Shown: positions 16,120 to 25,338 of the stretch, in pieces | How positions within the stretch are numbered: the first letter of the stretch is position 1 | Layout: the number at the start of each line of letters is the position of its first letter | DNA from: Treponema sp. | GTDB taxonomy: Bacteria; Spirochaetota; Spirochaetia; Treponematales; Breznakiellaceae | Length of the DNA: 35,532 nucleotides | Direction: 5' to 3' | Assembly: GCA_031258265.1 (NCBI GenBank) | Contig: JAIRNB010000174.1 | Coordinates: 1-35,532 of the forward strand | Translations under genes and position numbers: made by a program | Notes under the pieces: generated by a model | The model's database searches: none | The model's input: only the letters and a program-made list of their open reading frames with translations | What the model was told of the DNA's origin: nothing

Positions 16120-17740
16120 TTCATCCGCAAAGAACCTGCTGATCAACCTAACCCTGGCGGTGCTGGGGATGATCCTTTTTGCCCTTTCTTTTCCCAATGT
16201 GTTGGTGGAAAAGGGGCTGGCCCCGGCGGCCTGGACGGCCTGGATTCCGGTCTTTTTACTGGTAAACAGGGTTAGTCTTCCCGCATCGGCCCTTTGGGGG
16301 GTCCTCTATGGCTATGGGGCCTACAGCCTTTTCAATTACTGGCTGGGCGCGTTTCATCCCATGGCGGGTTTCATTATCAATAGCATCTATGTGGTGTACC
16401 TGGGCCTGACCTTCTTTTTCCTTAGGTTGGCGAAGATTCTCTTTCCCCGCCGTTTTTACCTGGTCCAGTGGTGCCTGTGGCTGGCCTATGAGTACCTGCG
16501 GACCCTTGGCTTCCTGGGTTATCCCTACGGAATATCCGGCTATTCCCAGTGGACCCTTATCCCCGTCATCCAGATCGCCAGTTTGGGGGGGGTATGGGCC
16601 GTGTCGGCCCTGATACTCTTCCCCGCGGCCGCCCTGGGCGCCGCCCTGCATAAGACCAGTGACTTTGGGTCCGTCCCCGGAGCCCTGGGGACTTTTTTCA
16701 AGCGGGAATGGCTTCCCGCCTGTCTGTGGCTGCTCTGTCTCTGTCTGGCCCTGGGTTATGGCATCGGTTCCCGGCAGGACTACAGCGCCGCCCCCCATGC
16801 CCGCCTGGCCCTGATTCAGCACAACACCGATCCCTGGCGGGGGGACATGGATGAGTACCGGCAGAATTTCCGGGTTTTAAGTCGTCTTTCCGGTGAAGCC
16901 CTGGCCTCGGAACCCAGGCCCGACGTGGTGGTGTGGTCGGAAACGGCCTTTGTCCCCCGGATCTACTGGCATAAAAGCTACCGGGATGATCAGGAATCCT
17001 GGGTCCTGGTCCGGGAACTTTTGGACTACCTTGGCGGACAGGATGTCCCCTTTGTCCTGGGAAACGATGACGCCCGCCTGGAAGGGGACGGGCAGGGGGG
17101 CTGGAACCGGGTAGACTACAACGCGGTGATGCTTTTTGAAGGGGCGGAGATCACCGGACTGTACCGTAAACTCCATCTGGTGCCCTTTACCGAGCATTTC
17201 CCCTACCGGCGGCAGTTCCCCGGAATTTACCAGGCCCTGGTCAAAGCGGATACCCATTTTTGGGAAAAGGGGAAGGAGGCCGCGGTTTTATCCGTCCCCC
17301 TTTCCCGTGACGGCGCCCCGGAGAATCTAAAATTTTCCACCCCCATTTGTTTTGAGGATACCTTTGGCTACCTAAGCCGGGAATTTGTGCGGAATGGGGC
17401 GGAACTTATCGTGAATCTCTCCAACGACGCCTGGTCCCGCAGCCTCCCCGCCCAGAATCAGCATCTGGGGATGGCGGTTTTCCGGGCCGTGGAGAACCGC
17501 CGTTCCATGGTCCGTTCCACCGCCTCCGGCCAGACCTGCGCGGTGGACCCCCGCGGCCGTGTTATTGCCCTGGCCCCCCCCTTTGCGGAGGCCTGGATTA
17601 CCGCCGAGGTCCCCATCCTCTCCGGCGGGACCCTTTATACCGCCTATGGGGATTATTTAGGGAGGTTTTTTGTTATTATCTCCACAGTCCTGTTGATTTT
17701 AGGGCTGGGATCACGTATACTAGTTAAAATTACAAAATGA
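16103..17740 (+). CDS. lnt: Apolipoprotein N-acyltransferase
   Basis: Polytopic N-terminal half plus a CN-hydrolase domain (VVWSETAF, ICFEDTF, NLSNDAWS). The start is uncertain: ATG at 16103 or GTG at 16073, both overlapping the end of the HU gene. Confidence 0.85.
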   Translation: MNPPFNSSAKNLLINLTLAVLGMILFALSFPNVLVEKGLAPAAWTAWIPVFLLVNRVSLPASALWGVLYGYGAYSLFNYWLGAFHPMAGFIINSIYVVYLGLTFFFLRLAKILFPRRFYLVQWCLWLAYEYLRTLGFLGYPYGISGYSQWTLIPVIQIASLGGVWAVSALILFPAAALGAALHKTSDFGSVPGALGTFFKREWLPACLWLLCLCLALGYGIGSRQDYSAAPHARLALIQHNTDPWRGDMDEYRQNFRVLSRLSGEALASEPRPDVVVWSETAFVPRIYWHKSYRDDQESWVLVRELLDYLGGQDVPFVLGNDDARLEGDGQGGWNRVDYNAVMLFEGAEITGLYRKLHLVPFTEHFPYRRQFPGIYQALVKADTHFWEKGKEAAVLSVPLSRDGAPENLKFSTPICFEDTFGYLSREFVRNGAELIVNLSNDAWSRSLPAQNQHLGMAVFRAVENRRSMVRSTASGQTCAVDPRGRVIALAPPFAEAWITAEVPILSGGTLYTAYGDYLGRFFVIISTVLLILGLGSRILVKITK

Positions 17741-17842
17741 ATTTACCGCAAATAAGGGAAACCGGAGTTAATCCGCCGGATAATTTTTTTTACCGGCTGT
17801 CCATCATCAAGCGGTTGAACTGTTGAACCAAGGAAGGAGTTA

Positions 17843-18517
17843 ATGAATACCCGGAAGAAGATATTGATAGTTGATGACGAACAGCTTAACCTTGAATTCT
17901 TCGAGGTAATGCTTTCCAAACTTGGTTTTATTGTGGAAAAGGCCAATGACGGGGTGGAAGCCCTGGAAAAGGTAAAACGCTTCTTCCCCGATCTTATCCT
18001 TCTGGATAACATCATGCCCCGTATGTCGGGCTGGGAAGTGACCAAGGCCCTGAAGGGGGACACGAAATTCCGCGACATTCCCATTATCATGTTTTCCGCC
18101 CTGGATGATGTAAAGGATAAACTGGAAGGTTATGAATTGGGGGTGGAGGATTATATTACCAAACCCTTTAATTTTTCCGAGGTCCTTGCCCGGATCCGGG
18201 TGGTACTGCGGAACCGCGAACTTTTTGCCCAGATAGCGGTCCGGGAAAAGCGGCTGGGTTTGGCGGAAGGTTTAAGCGGGGAACTGAGAAACGGCTTATC
18301 CCGGCTGGCCCGGGGGCTTGATGCCCTGGATGAGCTTCTTGTAACCCTTCCCTCGTCCGGCGGGGTCCTGGAAAAGAGTGAGGCCGTGCGGAAGCAGATC
18401 GCGGAACTGGATACCCGGATAGAAAAAACCATACTGGACTGGGAGGAACTTAAAAAAACTGAAATTGGCCTTACGGAACTGGAAAGCCAGAACCGGGGTG
18501 ACGAGTATGAAAAATAG
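17843..18517 (+). CDS. Response regulator: receiver domain plus C-terminal coiled-coil, no recognisable output domain
   Basis: KKILIVDDE...DLILLDNIMPRMSGWEV...ITKPF gives the CheY-like acidic pocket and conserved K. AAGGAGG RBS. Confidence 0.8.
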   Translation: MNTRKKILIVDDEQLNLEFFEVMLSKLGFIVEKANDGVEALEKVKRFFPDLILLDNIMPRMSGWEVTKALKGDTKFRDIPIIMFSALDDVKDKLEGYELGVEDYITKPFNFSEVLARIRVVLRNRELFAQIAVREKRLGLAEGLSGELRNGLSRLARGLDALDELLVTLPSSGGVLEKSEAVRKQIAELDTRIEKTILDWEELKKTEIGLTELESQNRGDEYEK

Positions 18518-18577
18518 GATTATCCGAAAATTTCAGTGGATTAAAAATATGATCGATACAGAGTTTAGAGTGTGACC

Positions 18578-19006
18578 ATGGCGGAAGCTAAGAAAAAAGA
18601 CAGTCCCGCCGAAGTGGTCCTGGGGGAAAGTACCAGTTTTGACGGGCTTCTCCGCTTCCGGGAAACCCTGCGAATCCGGGGAAAGTTCAAGGGCACTATC
18701 GAAGCGACCGGGGCCCTTATTGTTGACAAGGGCGCCGTGGTAGAGGCGGATCATATTTCCGTCACTTCCCTCACGGTCTCCGGTATGGTGCTTGGTGAAA
18801 TACATGCCATCGACAAGGTTGATATGCTAAGCGGCGCGGAGGTCCGGGGGGATGTCACCGCCGCCCGGCTTCGTATTGCCGACGGGGTGCTGTTCGAAGG
18901 CCAGTGCAGCATGGCCGGAGCGGACAAGGAAGTGGAAATTTTCTCCCGCCCCGCCGGAGAGATCAAGGCGGAACTTCAGAGACTCCATGATCCGGGGAGA
19001 GAATAG
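18578..19006 (+). CDS. Bactofilin (polymer-forming cytoskeletal protein)
   Basis: Beta-helical repeat pattern typical of the bactofilin (DUF583) family: FDGLLRFRETLRIRGKFKGTIEATGALIVDKGAVVEADHI...VSGMVLGEIHA...AEVRGDVTAARLRIADGVLFEGQCSM. Confidence 0.8.
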   Translation: MAEAKKKDSPAEVVLGESTSFDGLLRFRETLRIRGKFKGTIEATGALIVDKGAVVEADHISVTSLTVSGMVLGEIHAIDKVDMLSGAEVRGDVTAARLRIADGVLFEGQCSMAGADKEVEIFSRPAGEIKAELQRLHDPGRE

Positions 19007-19559
19007 CATAGGCTTCGGGGAAATGCCGGGCCCGCCTGAATCCGAAGGCCCCCCGGCGGCGGGGGAGTTTCTGGCCCGCTGCCTCACGGAAACCCTGGGC
19101 CGGCGGTCCCAGACCGTGGCCGCCGCCGAATCCTGTACCGCCGGCCTGGTAGCCGATCTTTTTGCCCGGATTCCCGGCGCTTCACGGGTATTTTGGGGTT
19201 CCCTTGTCACCTATACGGTGGACGCGAAGGTAAAGCTTCTGGGGCTTGACCGCCGGGAACTGGAACGAAACGGTCCGGTAAGCGGCGAGACTGTCCGCGC
19301 CATGGCGCTGGGGGCCCTGGAAAAAAGCGGGGCCGATTATGCCGTGGCGGTGACCGGTCTTGCCGGTCCCGGAGGAGACGGAACGGCGGTTCCGGTGGGC
19401 ACCGTATGGATAGCCGTCGTGGACCGGGACCGGATTCCGGCGGCTTATATGTTTAACTTTACAGGTTTGCGGAATGAGATTCGGGAAAAGGCCGCCCTGG
19501 AGGCCCTGAAGATCTTATCAAAACATGCGGGAAGTAATGGATTTCCTTCTCCCGCCTAA
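18987..19559 (+). CDS. CinA C-terminal domain / nicotinamide-nucleotide amidohydrolase (PncC-like)
   Basis: AAAESCTAGLVADLFARIPGASRVFWGSLVTYT...AVAVTGLAGPGG is the CinA/PncC signature. The ATG at 18987 overlaps the end of the bactofilin gene. Confidence 0.8.
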   Translation: MIRGENSIGFGEMPGPPESEGPPAAGEFLARCLTETLGRRSQTVAAAESCTAGLVADLFARIPGASRVFWGSLVTYTVDAKVKLLGLDRRELERNGPVSGETVRAMALGALEKSGADYAVAVTGLAGPGGDGTAVPVGTVWIAVVDRDRIPAAYMFNFTGLRNEIREKAALEALKILSKHAGSNGFPSPA

Positions 19560-19584
19560 AATCTAATAGGAGAATGGTTTGTTT

Positions 19585-21408
19585 ATGGCAATTACAAGGA
19601 GAAGCGTAAAGGCAAAGGCAGCGGAACTTCCCCTGGAAGAAACGGTAAGCGCGGGCCGGAGAAAAAGAACGCCGGCGGCGGATACCGTTTCCGTTAAAGA
19701 AGACGATTTTTCTTCCTCCGGCGGTAATAGGGAAGAAGGGGGTCCCGTTTCCCCGGGGGCTTCGGCAAAGCTGGGTTCCGCCGAGGAAAACTGGATTTCC
19801 CCGGGGGAGGGGGAGGATAATCCGGGAGGCCGTGTTGTTGTCCGGGCCCGGCCCAAGCGGGCTGTTCCCGTCCGGGAATACCGGGACAGCCGGGTCCGGT
19901 CAAATTCCGGCGACACGTATGAAAACGGCGGGACTCCATCTTATGGGGACTATTCCCGCGCCCCCGGAGGGAGGGCGGAGGCTGAGGGAGGCTCTTCCCT
20001 CGCCGCCCTTCCGCCGGCGGGAAAACCGCCGCTTTTTCAGGAAACGGCGGCCCTGCCCAAAAGCCTTCCCCCCATGCCGGATCTCTACGGCAAGCCTGAA
20101 CCCCGCGGCGATCAGGATAACGGGAAACCCCGGCTTTGCATTAACGAGCTTATCCGGCTTAACATGATGGACCTGCGGGATTTGGCGGCCTGTTACAACA
20201 TATCCCACGAAGATATGGTGAACATGAAAAAGCAGGAGATCATTTTCTCCCTGCTCAAGGCCCATACCGAACGGGGCGGGGTTATTTATGCCTATGGTTC
20301 CCTGGAGATCCTTCCCGACAGCTACGGCTTCCTCAGAAGCCCGCAGAATTCCTATCTTCCCGGCCCGGATGACATCTACATCAGCCCCAGCCAGATACGG
20401 CTTTTTGCCTTAAAGACCGGGGATACCGTCTATGGCCAGATTCGCAGTCCCAAGGAACAGGAACGTTTCTTCGCCATGCTGCGGGTGGAAACGGTGAACT
20501 ACGATGATCCCACGGTAGCCCAGAACCGTATTCCCTTTGACAATCTGACCCCCCTGTACCCCGACCGGAAGCTGAACCTGGAAACGATCACCGAGGGGAT
20601 CAGTGAGCGGATCATTAACCTTTTCTGCCCCATAGGGAAGGGTCAGCGGGCCCTCATCGTCGCCCCTCCCCGGACGGGCAAGACCATCATGATGCAGAAG
20701 ATCGCCAACGCGATAACCAAGAACCACCCCGAGGTGTACCTTATCGTACTCCTCATTGACGAGCGGCCCGAAGAGGTGACCGACATGGAGCGTACTGTCC
20801 GGGCGGAGGTGATTTCATCGACCTTTGACGAACAGGCGACCCGGAATGTGCAGGTAACCGAAATGGTACTGGAAAAGGCCAAGCGCCTGGTGGAGCATAA
20901 GAAGGACGTGGTGATCCTCCTGGACTCCATCACCCGGCTGGCCCGGGCATATAACCAGACGGTTCCCACCAGCGGGAAGATCCTTTCCGGCGGTGTGGAC
21001 AGTAACGCCCTGCATAAACCCAAGCGGTTTTTCGGCGCCGCCCGGAATATCGAGGAAGGGGGAAGCCTGACGATCATTTCCACCGCCCTTATCGAGACCG
21101 GCAGCCGCATGGACGAGGTTATCTTTGAAGAATTCAAAGGTACGGGCAACCTGGAGATCGACCTGGATCGCCGCATCTCCGACCGCCGCCTTTTCCCGGC
21201 CATCAACATCAAAAAATCCGGGACCCGGAAAGAGGAACTCCTCCTTACTGAAGAAGAACTCCAGAAAATATGGATTCTCCGCAAGGTTATTAACCCCATG
21301 GATGACGTGGAGATCATCGAACTCCTGGTTGACAGGATGAAGAAAAGCAAGAATAATGAGGCCTTCCTGCGATCCATGAATACCACCGGAAGCGCCGGCG
21401 TGGATTAG
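19585..21408 (+). CDS. rho: Transcription termination factor Rho with a ~185-aa low-complexity N-terminal extension
   Basis: Canonical Rho from about residue 190: RNA-binding domain ([17 protein letters not shown]), Walker A (APPRTGKT), [13 protein letters not shown], and [24 protein letters not shown] upstream. Confidence 0.95.
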   Translation: MAITRRSVKAKAAELPLEETVSAGRRKRTPAADTVSVKEDDFSSSGGNREEGGPVSPGASAKLGSAEENWISPGEGEDNPGGRVVVRARPKRAVPVREYRDSRVRSNSGDTYENGGTPSYGDYSRAPGGRAEAEGGSSLAALPPAGKPPLFQETAALPKSLPPMPDLYGKPEPRGDQDNGKPRLCINELIRLNMMDLRDLAACYNISHEDMVNMKKQEIIFSLLKAHTERGGVIYAYGSLEILPDSYGFLRSPQNSYLPGPDDIYISPSQIRLFALKTGDTVYGQIRSPKEQERFFAMLRVETVNYDDPTVAQNRIPFDNLTPLYPDRKLNLETITEGISERIINLFCPIGKGQRALIVAPPRTGKTIMMQKIANAITKNHPEVYLIVLLIDERPEEVTDMERTVRAEVISSTFDEQATRNVQVTEMVLEKAKRLVEHKKDVVILLDSITRLARAYNQTVPTSGKILSGGVDSNALHKPKRFFGAARNIEEGGSLTIISTALIETGSRMDEVIFEEFKGTGNLEIDLDRRISDRRLFPAINIKKSGTRKEELLLTEEELQKIWILRKVINPMDDVEIIELLVDRMKKSKNNEAFLRSMNTTGSAGVD

Positions 21409-21460
21409 GCGTCCTTAAACCCCTATGGGGAGTTGGACAAAACCGGAGGACCTGTTTATT

Positions 21461-21664
21461 ATGAGAGATAAGATTCACCCCAGGTATGAGCTGACCAAGA
21501 TTACCTGTGCCTGCGGAAATGTGATCGAGACCCGTTCCACCGTCAAAGATCTCAAGGTGGAAATTTGTTCCGCCTGTCATCCTTTTTTTACCGGTAAACA
21601 GAAACTGGTGGATACCGCCGGCCGCATCGAGCGTTTCCGCAGAAAGTACAACATCAAAGAATAG
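21461..21664 (+). CDS. rpmE: 50S ribosomal protein L31 (Zn-binding type)
   Basis: [20 protein letters not shown]...[22 protein letters not shown] upstream. Confidence 0.9.
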   Translation: MRDKIHPRYELTKITCACGNVIETRSTVKDLKVEICSACHPFFTGKQKLVDTAGRIERFRRKYNIKE

Positions 21665-21685
21665 GGGCCTTTACGGATAGGCCCC
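21664..21685. terminator. Hairpin shared by the convergent rpmE and lipoprotein genes
   Basis: ggggcct (21664-21670) pairs with aggcccc (21679-21685), with an 8-nt loop. There is no strong U-tract in either direction. Confidence 0.3.
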
Positions 21686-22222
21686 CAGAATCTTCGGTGT
21701 CCGCAGCCGGGGGTTAAAAACGATGAGGCAGGGGATCTTGGCGGCGGCGGTGATAAGATGCCCCCGGACTTTCAGCATGGGTCCCTGTTCTTCCCAGTCC
21801 GTATATTCAATACCCCTTATTTCCCCCGGTTTAAGCCTGCTTTTGTCCGCGTTAGCCGGGGGGCTGTTTTCCCCGTAAAGGCCGGTGCGGTACAGCATGG
21901 CCAGGTAGCTTTCCTCATCGTAATAGGGCCGGACTGCGGCCTCGAATTGATCCTCCCCCTGGGCCAGGAGAAAGGCGGTATCCTGGCGGGCGAAGGCCTG
22001 GGCCAGTTCCGTCAGATAGGCCCGGGCCTCCGGGCTCATCTTTTCCCAGAGGGGGGCCTTCCCGTCCCCGGAGGCCCGGCTTTCCGGCTGTTTCGCCGGG
22101 GCCTTTTCCGGGGAACCTTCCGGGATTTGGCCTGTCCTGTTCCCCGGTCCGAAGCCGGCGCAGCCGGCGGCCAGGAGGCTTAAAAGCAGGAGCGCGGCGA
22201 CCGGCGGCAGCGGTTTTTCCAT
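21671..22222 (-). CDS. Putative lipoprotein of unknown function
   Basis: Signal peptide with a lipobox (LLSLLAAGC). Confidence 0.6.
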   Translation of the reverse strand: MEKPLPPVAALLLLSLLAAGCAGFGPGNRTGQIPEGSPEKAPAKQPESRASGDGKAPLWEKMSPEARAYLTELAQAFARQDTAFLLAQGEDQFEAAVRPYYDEESYLAMLYRTGLYGENSPPANADKSRLKPGEIRGIEYTDWEEQGPMLKVRGHLITAAAKIPCLIVFNPRLRTPKILGAYP

Positions 22223-22226
22223 GATT

Positions 22227-23291
22227 CTAGTATACCACGGCCTTTGTCCGCGGCGGGAAGCTAAAAATGAAGCAGGGCAGGGGCCTTCTCCCCTTGAAGT
22301 CCTCGTCCATAATGTTATCCCCCGGTTCTTCGATTCTAAGATTCCGGGGTTTTACCAGCCCTTCTATTTCTCCCCGTTCCAGGCGGAAACGATCCGTCCC
22401 CGCGCTGAACCAGAGCCGTCCCCCCCGGCCCAGGAGTTCCAGGCAGCGGGCTATGAGCCGGGGGTGATCCCGCCGGGTATCCAGAGTACCGGCCATCCTT
22501 TTGGAGTTGGAAAAAGCGGGGGGGTCCAGGATGATCAGGTCCCATTTCCGGCCTTCCTTTACGGCGTTTTCCAGGAAACGCGGGACATCGGCGCGGATAA
22601 AGCGGAAAGGTCCCCCCGTTCCCCTGCCCCCTGTCAGGCCGTTGAGGGTAAAATTTTGTTCCCCCCAATTCAGGTAGGTGTTGGAAATATCCACCGAATC
22701 CACCGAAGCCGCCCCGCCGGCGGCGGCGTAGACCGAAGAAGCGCAGGTATAGGCAAAAAGATTCAGCGTCCTCCTCCCCGCCGCTTCCTCCCCCAGCAGG
22801 GCGCGGATTCCGCGCCGGTCCGGGAAAAGCCCGGTATCCAGATAATCCGACAGGTTTACCCGGAATTTTAAGTTCCCCTCCGGGACGGCCAGTTCGTAAG
22901 TTCCCCTGGGGGAGTCGATTTTTTCATATTGCCCCTGCCGGCGGCGCAGGCGGCGGCGTTCCTTCATAAATATCCTTGTCCGGGGGATATCCAGGGCCGC
23001 CGCCATGACTTCTTCCATTGTGGCAAGCCAGGACGCTTCTTCGGCGGGGTCTTTTTCGTATGGCCGCCGGTAGACAGCCCCCGCCAGGGCCCCCATAAGC
23101 TCCCCTCCCGGGACGGCCTCTCCCCGGTAATAATCGAGAACCAGGGGAATTTCCGGTATATCCCGGTCGTAGAGTCTGTAAGCCCCAATTCCCTTCCGCC
23201 GGGCCCATTTGGCCAAATGTTTATACCGCTTTCGCAGCCGGTTACCCAGCATTTCCGCCTGTAATCCGGTTTTACCGTCCATGGCGTTCAT
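22227..23291 (-). CDS. Class I SAM-dependent rRNA methyltransferase (similar to the RlmK / RlmL C-terminal domain)
   Basis: NLFAYTCASSVYAAAGGA...VDISNTYLNWGEQNFTLNGL...DLIILDPPAFSNSKRM closely parallels the E. coli RlmKL m7G2069 methyltransferase half as I recall it. Confidence 0.8.
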   Translation of the reverse strand: MNAMDGKTGLQAEMLGNRLRKRYKHLAKWARRKGIGAYRLYDRDIPEIPLVLDYYRGEAVPGGELMGALAGAVYRRPYEKDPAEEASWLATMEEVMAAALDIPRTRIFMKERRRLRRRQGQYEKIDSPRGTYELAVPEGNLKFRVNLSDYLDTGLFPDRRGIRALLGEEAAGRRTLNLFAYTCASSVYAAAGGAASVDSVDISNTYLNWGEQNFTLNGLTGGRGTGGPFRFIRADVPRFLENAVKEGRKWDLIILDPPAFSNSKRMAGTLDTRRDHPRLIARCLELLGRGGRLWFSAGTDRFRLERGEIEGLVKPRNLRIEEPGDNIMDEDFKGRRPLPCFIFSFPPRTKAVVY

Positions 23292-23500
23292 AATACCATA
23301 CGGTCCTCTTCATAATGAATCTCCGTGGAACAGGGCGGGTAAATCGCGCTTAGGGCGGAGTGTTAGGCCCCCCTTGAACAAAGCTAATTTCAAAACCGGC
23401 GTTTTAGGAAAGCCTCCGGCTGTATGCTTATCCCGCCCCGGACCAAGCGTGTTGCGCCAAATTTACAATATCCCGGCAAGGGATTACACTGGGGGGGCCC

Positions 23501-24430
23501 ATGAAAGCGATAAAATTTTCCGGCCCCTTAAAGAAGCGCGCCGGAATAATACTTTTTCTCCTTGGCGTCCCGGTCCTGCTGGCGGCTTTTTTTTTAAGCC
23601 GTCCCCCGGCCCTGATCCTCAGCGACGCCGGCTTTGACGCCCTCTACGGTCCCGGACGGACCCTGTTCCGGCAGGCCGGGCTTTCGCTGCGGTTTTTCCG
23701 GCGGGTCAAACGGGTCCTTGTGGCGGAGGACGCAAACCCGGAGGCCACGGTTTTTGCCATAGAAGAGGGGGCGGCGGAACCCTGGGCCGTCCTGGGCCAT
23801 GCCCGTTACCGGCGGGGCCTGGATTTGTATGCCCGGCAGTACCCGGATGTCCGGGTTGTCCTTATCCGGGAAGACGTTTTTCCCGATCCGGCTGAAAGCG
23901 CCTCCGGCCCGGAATCCGTTTTTATTGACACCCGCCTCAATTCCTGGCGGGCCGGCCGCTGCGCCGCCATGCTGGCCGGCGAGGGGAGGGGGCAGATCCT
24001 CGTTTTTCAGGACAGGCAGGATTTCCCGGTAAACCGGGAAGCCTTTCTGGCGGGCCTGCGGGAAGAAAACGAGGCTTTAATCCCCCTCTACCTAAGCAGC
24101 GCCGCCGATTATTCTTTCTGGGATGACGTCCGCTGTGTGGTCCTGGGGGGGCCGGGGGATCTCTACTTCAACCGGAACAGCGAGATTCCGGCCCTCCTTT
24201 TCACCTGGATGGACCCTGCCCTGAGCCCCGGCAGCGTCAAGATCACCGTCGATGATTCCCTGTGGGCCCTGGCTTCGGAGGCCCTCCGTTTTCCCGGCGG
24301 GGACTCCGGCGGATACCGGAGCCTTCCCGCGCGGTTTACCGTCCTCCGGGGGAGCTTAGGGGACAGGGAACTGGGGAAAAAACTGAAAAAAGCCCTCCGT
24401 CTTCAAATTCCCGCAAGCTTATTTCAGTAG
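23501..24430 (+). CDS. Membrane-anchored hypothetical protein
   Basis: Single N-terminal TM helix (GIILFLLGVPVLLAAFFL). Normal amino-acid composition and no motif I recognise. Confidence 0.5.
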   Translation: MKAIKFSGPLKKRAGIILFLLGVPVLLAAFFLSRPPALILSDAGFDALYGPGRTLFRQAGLSLRFFRRVKRVLVAEDANPEATVFAIEEGAAEPWAVLGHARYRRGLDLYARQYPDVRVVLIREDVFPDPAESASGPESVFIDTRLNSWRAGRCAAMLAGEGRGQILVFQDRQDFPVNREAFLAGLREENEALIPLYLSSAADYSFWDDVRCVVLGGPGDLYFNRNSEIPALLFTWMDPALSPGSVKITVDDSLWALASEALRFPGGDSGGYRSLPARFTVLRGSLGDRELGKKLKKALRLQIPASLFQ

Positions 24431-24431
24431 A

Positions 24432-24461
24432 TTTGACAAAACTACCGATAAGAACTATAAT
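24432..24461 (+). promoter_or_regulatory. Consensus sigma-70 promoter of the flaA pair (TTGACA-N18-TATAAT)
   Basis: TTGACA at 24432-24437 and TATAAT at 24456-24461, both perfect hexamers, about 95 nt upstream of the ATG at 24555. Confidence 0.65.
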
Positions 24462-24554
24462 GATTCCGATCTTGGTTTTGTTGTTCATTAAATGGACATA
24501 TTGAAACCCGGCCTTGCGGATAGGGCTTAGTAGATTGGGGAAAGGAGTAATTGG

Positions 24555-25325
24555 ATGAAACAGGGCTGTTTCAGAGTTTTTTGTCTTCTTCTTTTGGCAT
24601 TTACGGTGCTTATTCCCGGCTTTTCCGATGAACTTACCGTCACTTCCGAGGCATTTGTTATTGAATCCTTTGACGGGGATACCGCCCATGAATGGAGTAT
24701 CGCGGGAAAGACCATTTCCCATGATTTTTCCTGGAAACTGGCGCCCGGTAAGTTTAGCGCCGAAGGTTACCCTAAACTCAATTCTGTGTCCGCCTGGCCC
24801 CAGGCTTTGTTTGGATTTAACCGCCAGGGAGACGATCACAGGGCCCTTGGTATTCTGGGTAATTTCGTGCGGGACGGCTACAACTGGATAGATATTTACC
24901 CGGTGGCCGCCAATGCCGATGGAGAAGAAGGGGCCTTTGAAATTCCCCTTCCCGGCCGGGTTCATTATCTGGATATGTGGATCTGGGGTTCCAACTATAA
25001 CTACTATGTTGATGCCTATGTCCGGGATTATCAGGGAATTGTTCATGTCCTAAGGATGGGGGATATTGCCTATAAGGGCTGGAAGAACCTGCGGGTTTCC
25101 GTTCCCAGCAGTATCCGCCAGTCTAAACGGATATTGCCTAACTTTGCGGGGCTCCGTTTTGTTAAGTTCAGGCTATGGACCAGGCCGAATGAAATTTTGG
25201 GGGATTTTTACGTCTATCTGGATCATTTTAAGGTGTTAAGCGATACCTTTGAATCCTTTTACGACGGTGATGATTTGGCGGATCCTGAGCATGTGCAGGA
25301 AATCTGGTCTACGGCCAGTAATTAA
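24555..25325 (+). CDS. flaA: Flagellar filament outer layer (sheath) protein, FlaA family, short paralogue 1
   Basis: Signal peptide. The core LDMWIWGSNYNYYVDAYVRDYQGIVHVLRMGDIAYKGWKNLRVSVP...DFYVYLDHFKVLSD matches the pattern of Borrelia FlaA (VVYGRNYP..LLLEDEKGEE..LGSLNFKGWSEL..VFYVKQVDVIYD, recalled from memory). Confidence 0.8.
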   Translation: MKQGCFRVFCLLLLAFTVLIPGFSDELTVTSEAFVIESFDGDTAHEWSIAGKTISHDFSWKLAPGKFSAEGYPKLNSVSAWPQALFGFNRQGDDHRALGILGNFVRDGYNWIDIYPVAANADGEEGAFEIPLPGRVHYLDMWIWGSNYNYYVDAYVRDYQGIVHVLRMGDIAYKGWKNLRVSVPSSIRQSKRILPNFAGLRFVKFRLWTRPNEILGDFYVYLDHFKVLSDTFESFYDGDDLADPEHVQEIWSTASN

Positions 25326-25338
25326 GGAGGCCCTGTAA

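Noticed and set aside
23362-23368. GTTAGGC heptamer resembling an integron attC/attI core site (Treponema is known to carry chromosomal integrons)
   Set aside because: It is a single occurrence, with no inverse core partner, no intI gene, and no cassette-like ORF array in the window.
24444-24451. Sigma-28 -10-like ACCGATAA within the spacer of the flaA promoter
   Set aside because: There is no TAAA-type -35 at the required 15-16 nt upstream. The flanking perfect sigma-70 hexamers explain the promoter.
24595-24610. Sigma-54-like element TGGCATTTACGGTGCT with correct GG/GC spacing
   Set aside because: It lies inside the signal-peptide coding region of flaA paralogue 1 with no gene start appropriately downstream. 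It is most likely a chance match.
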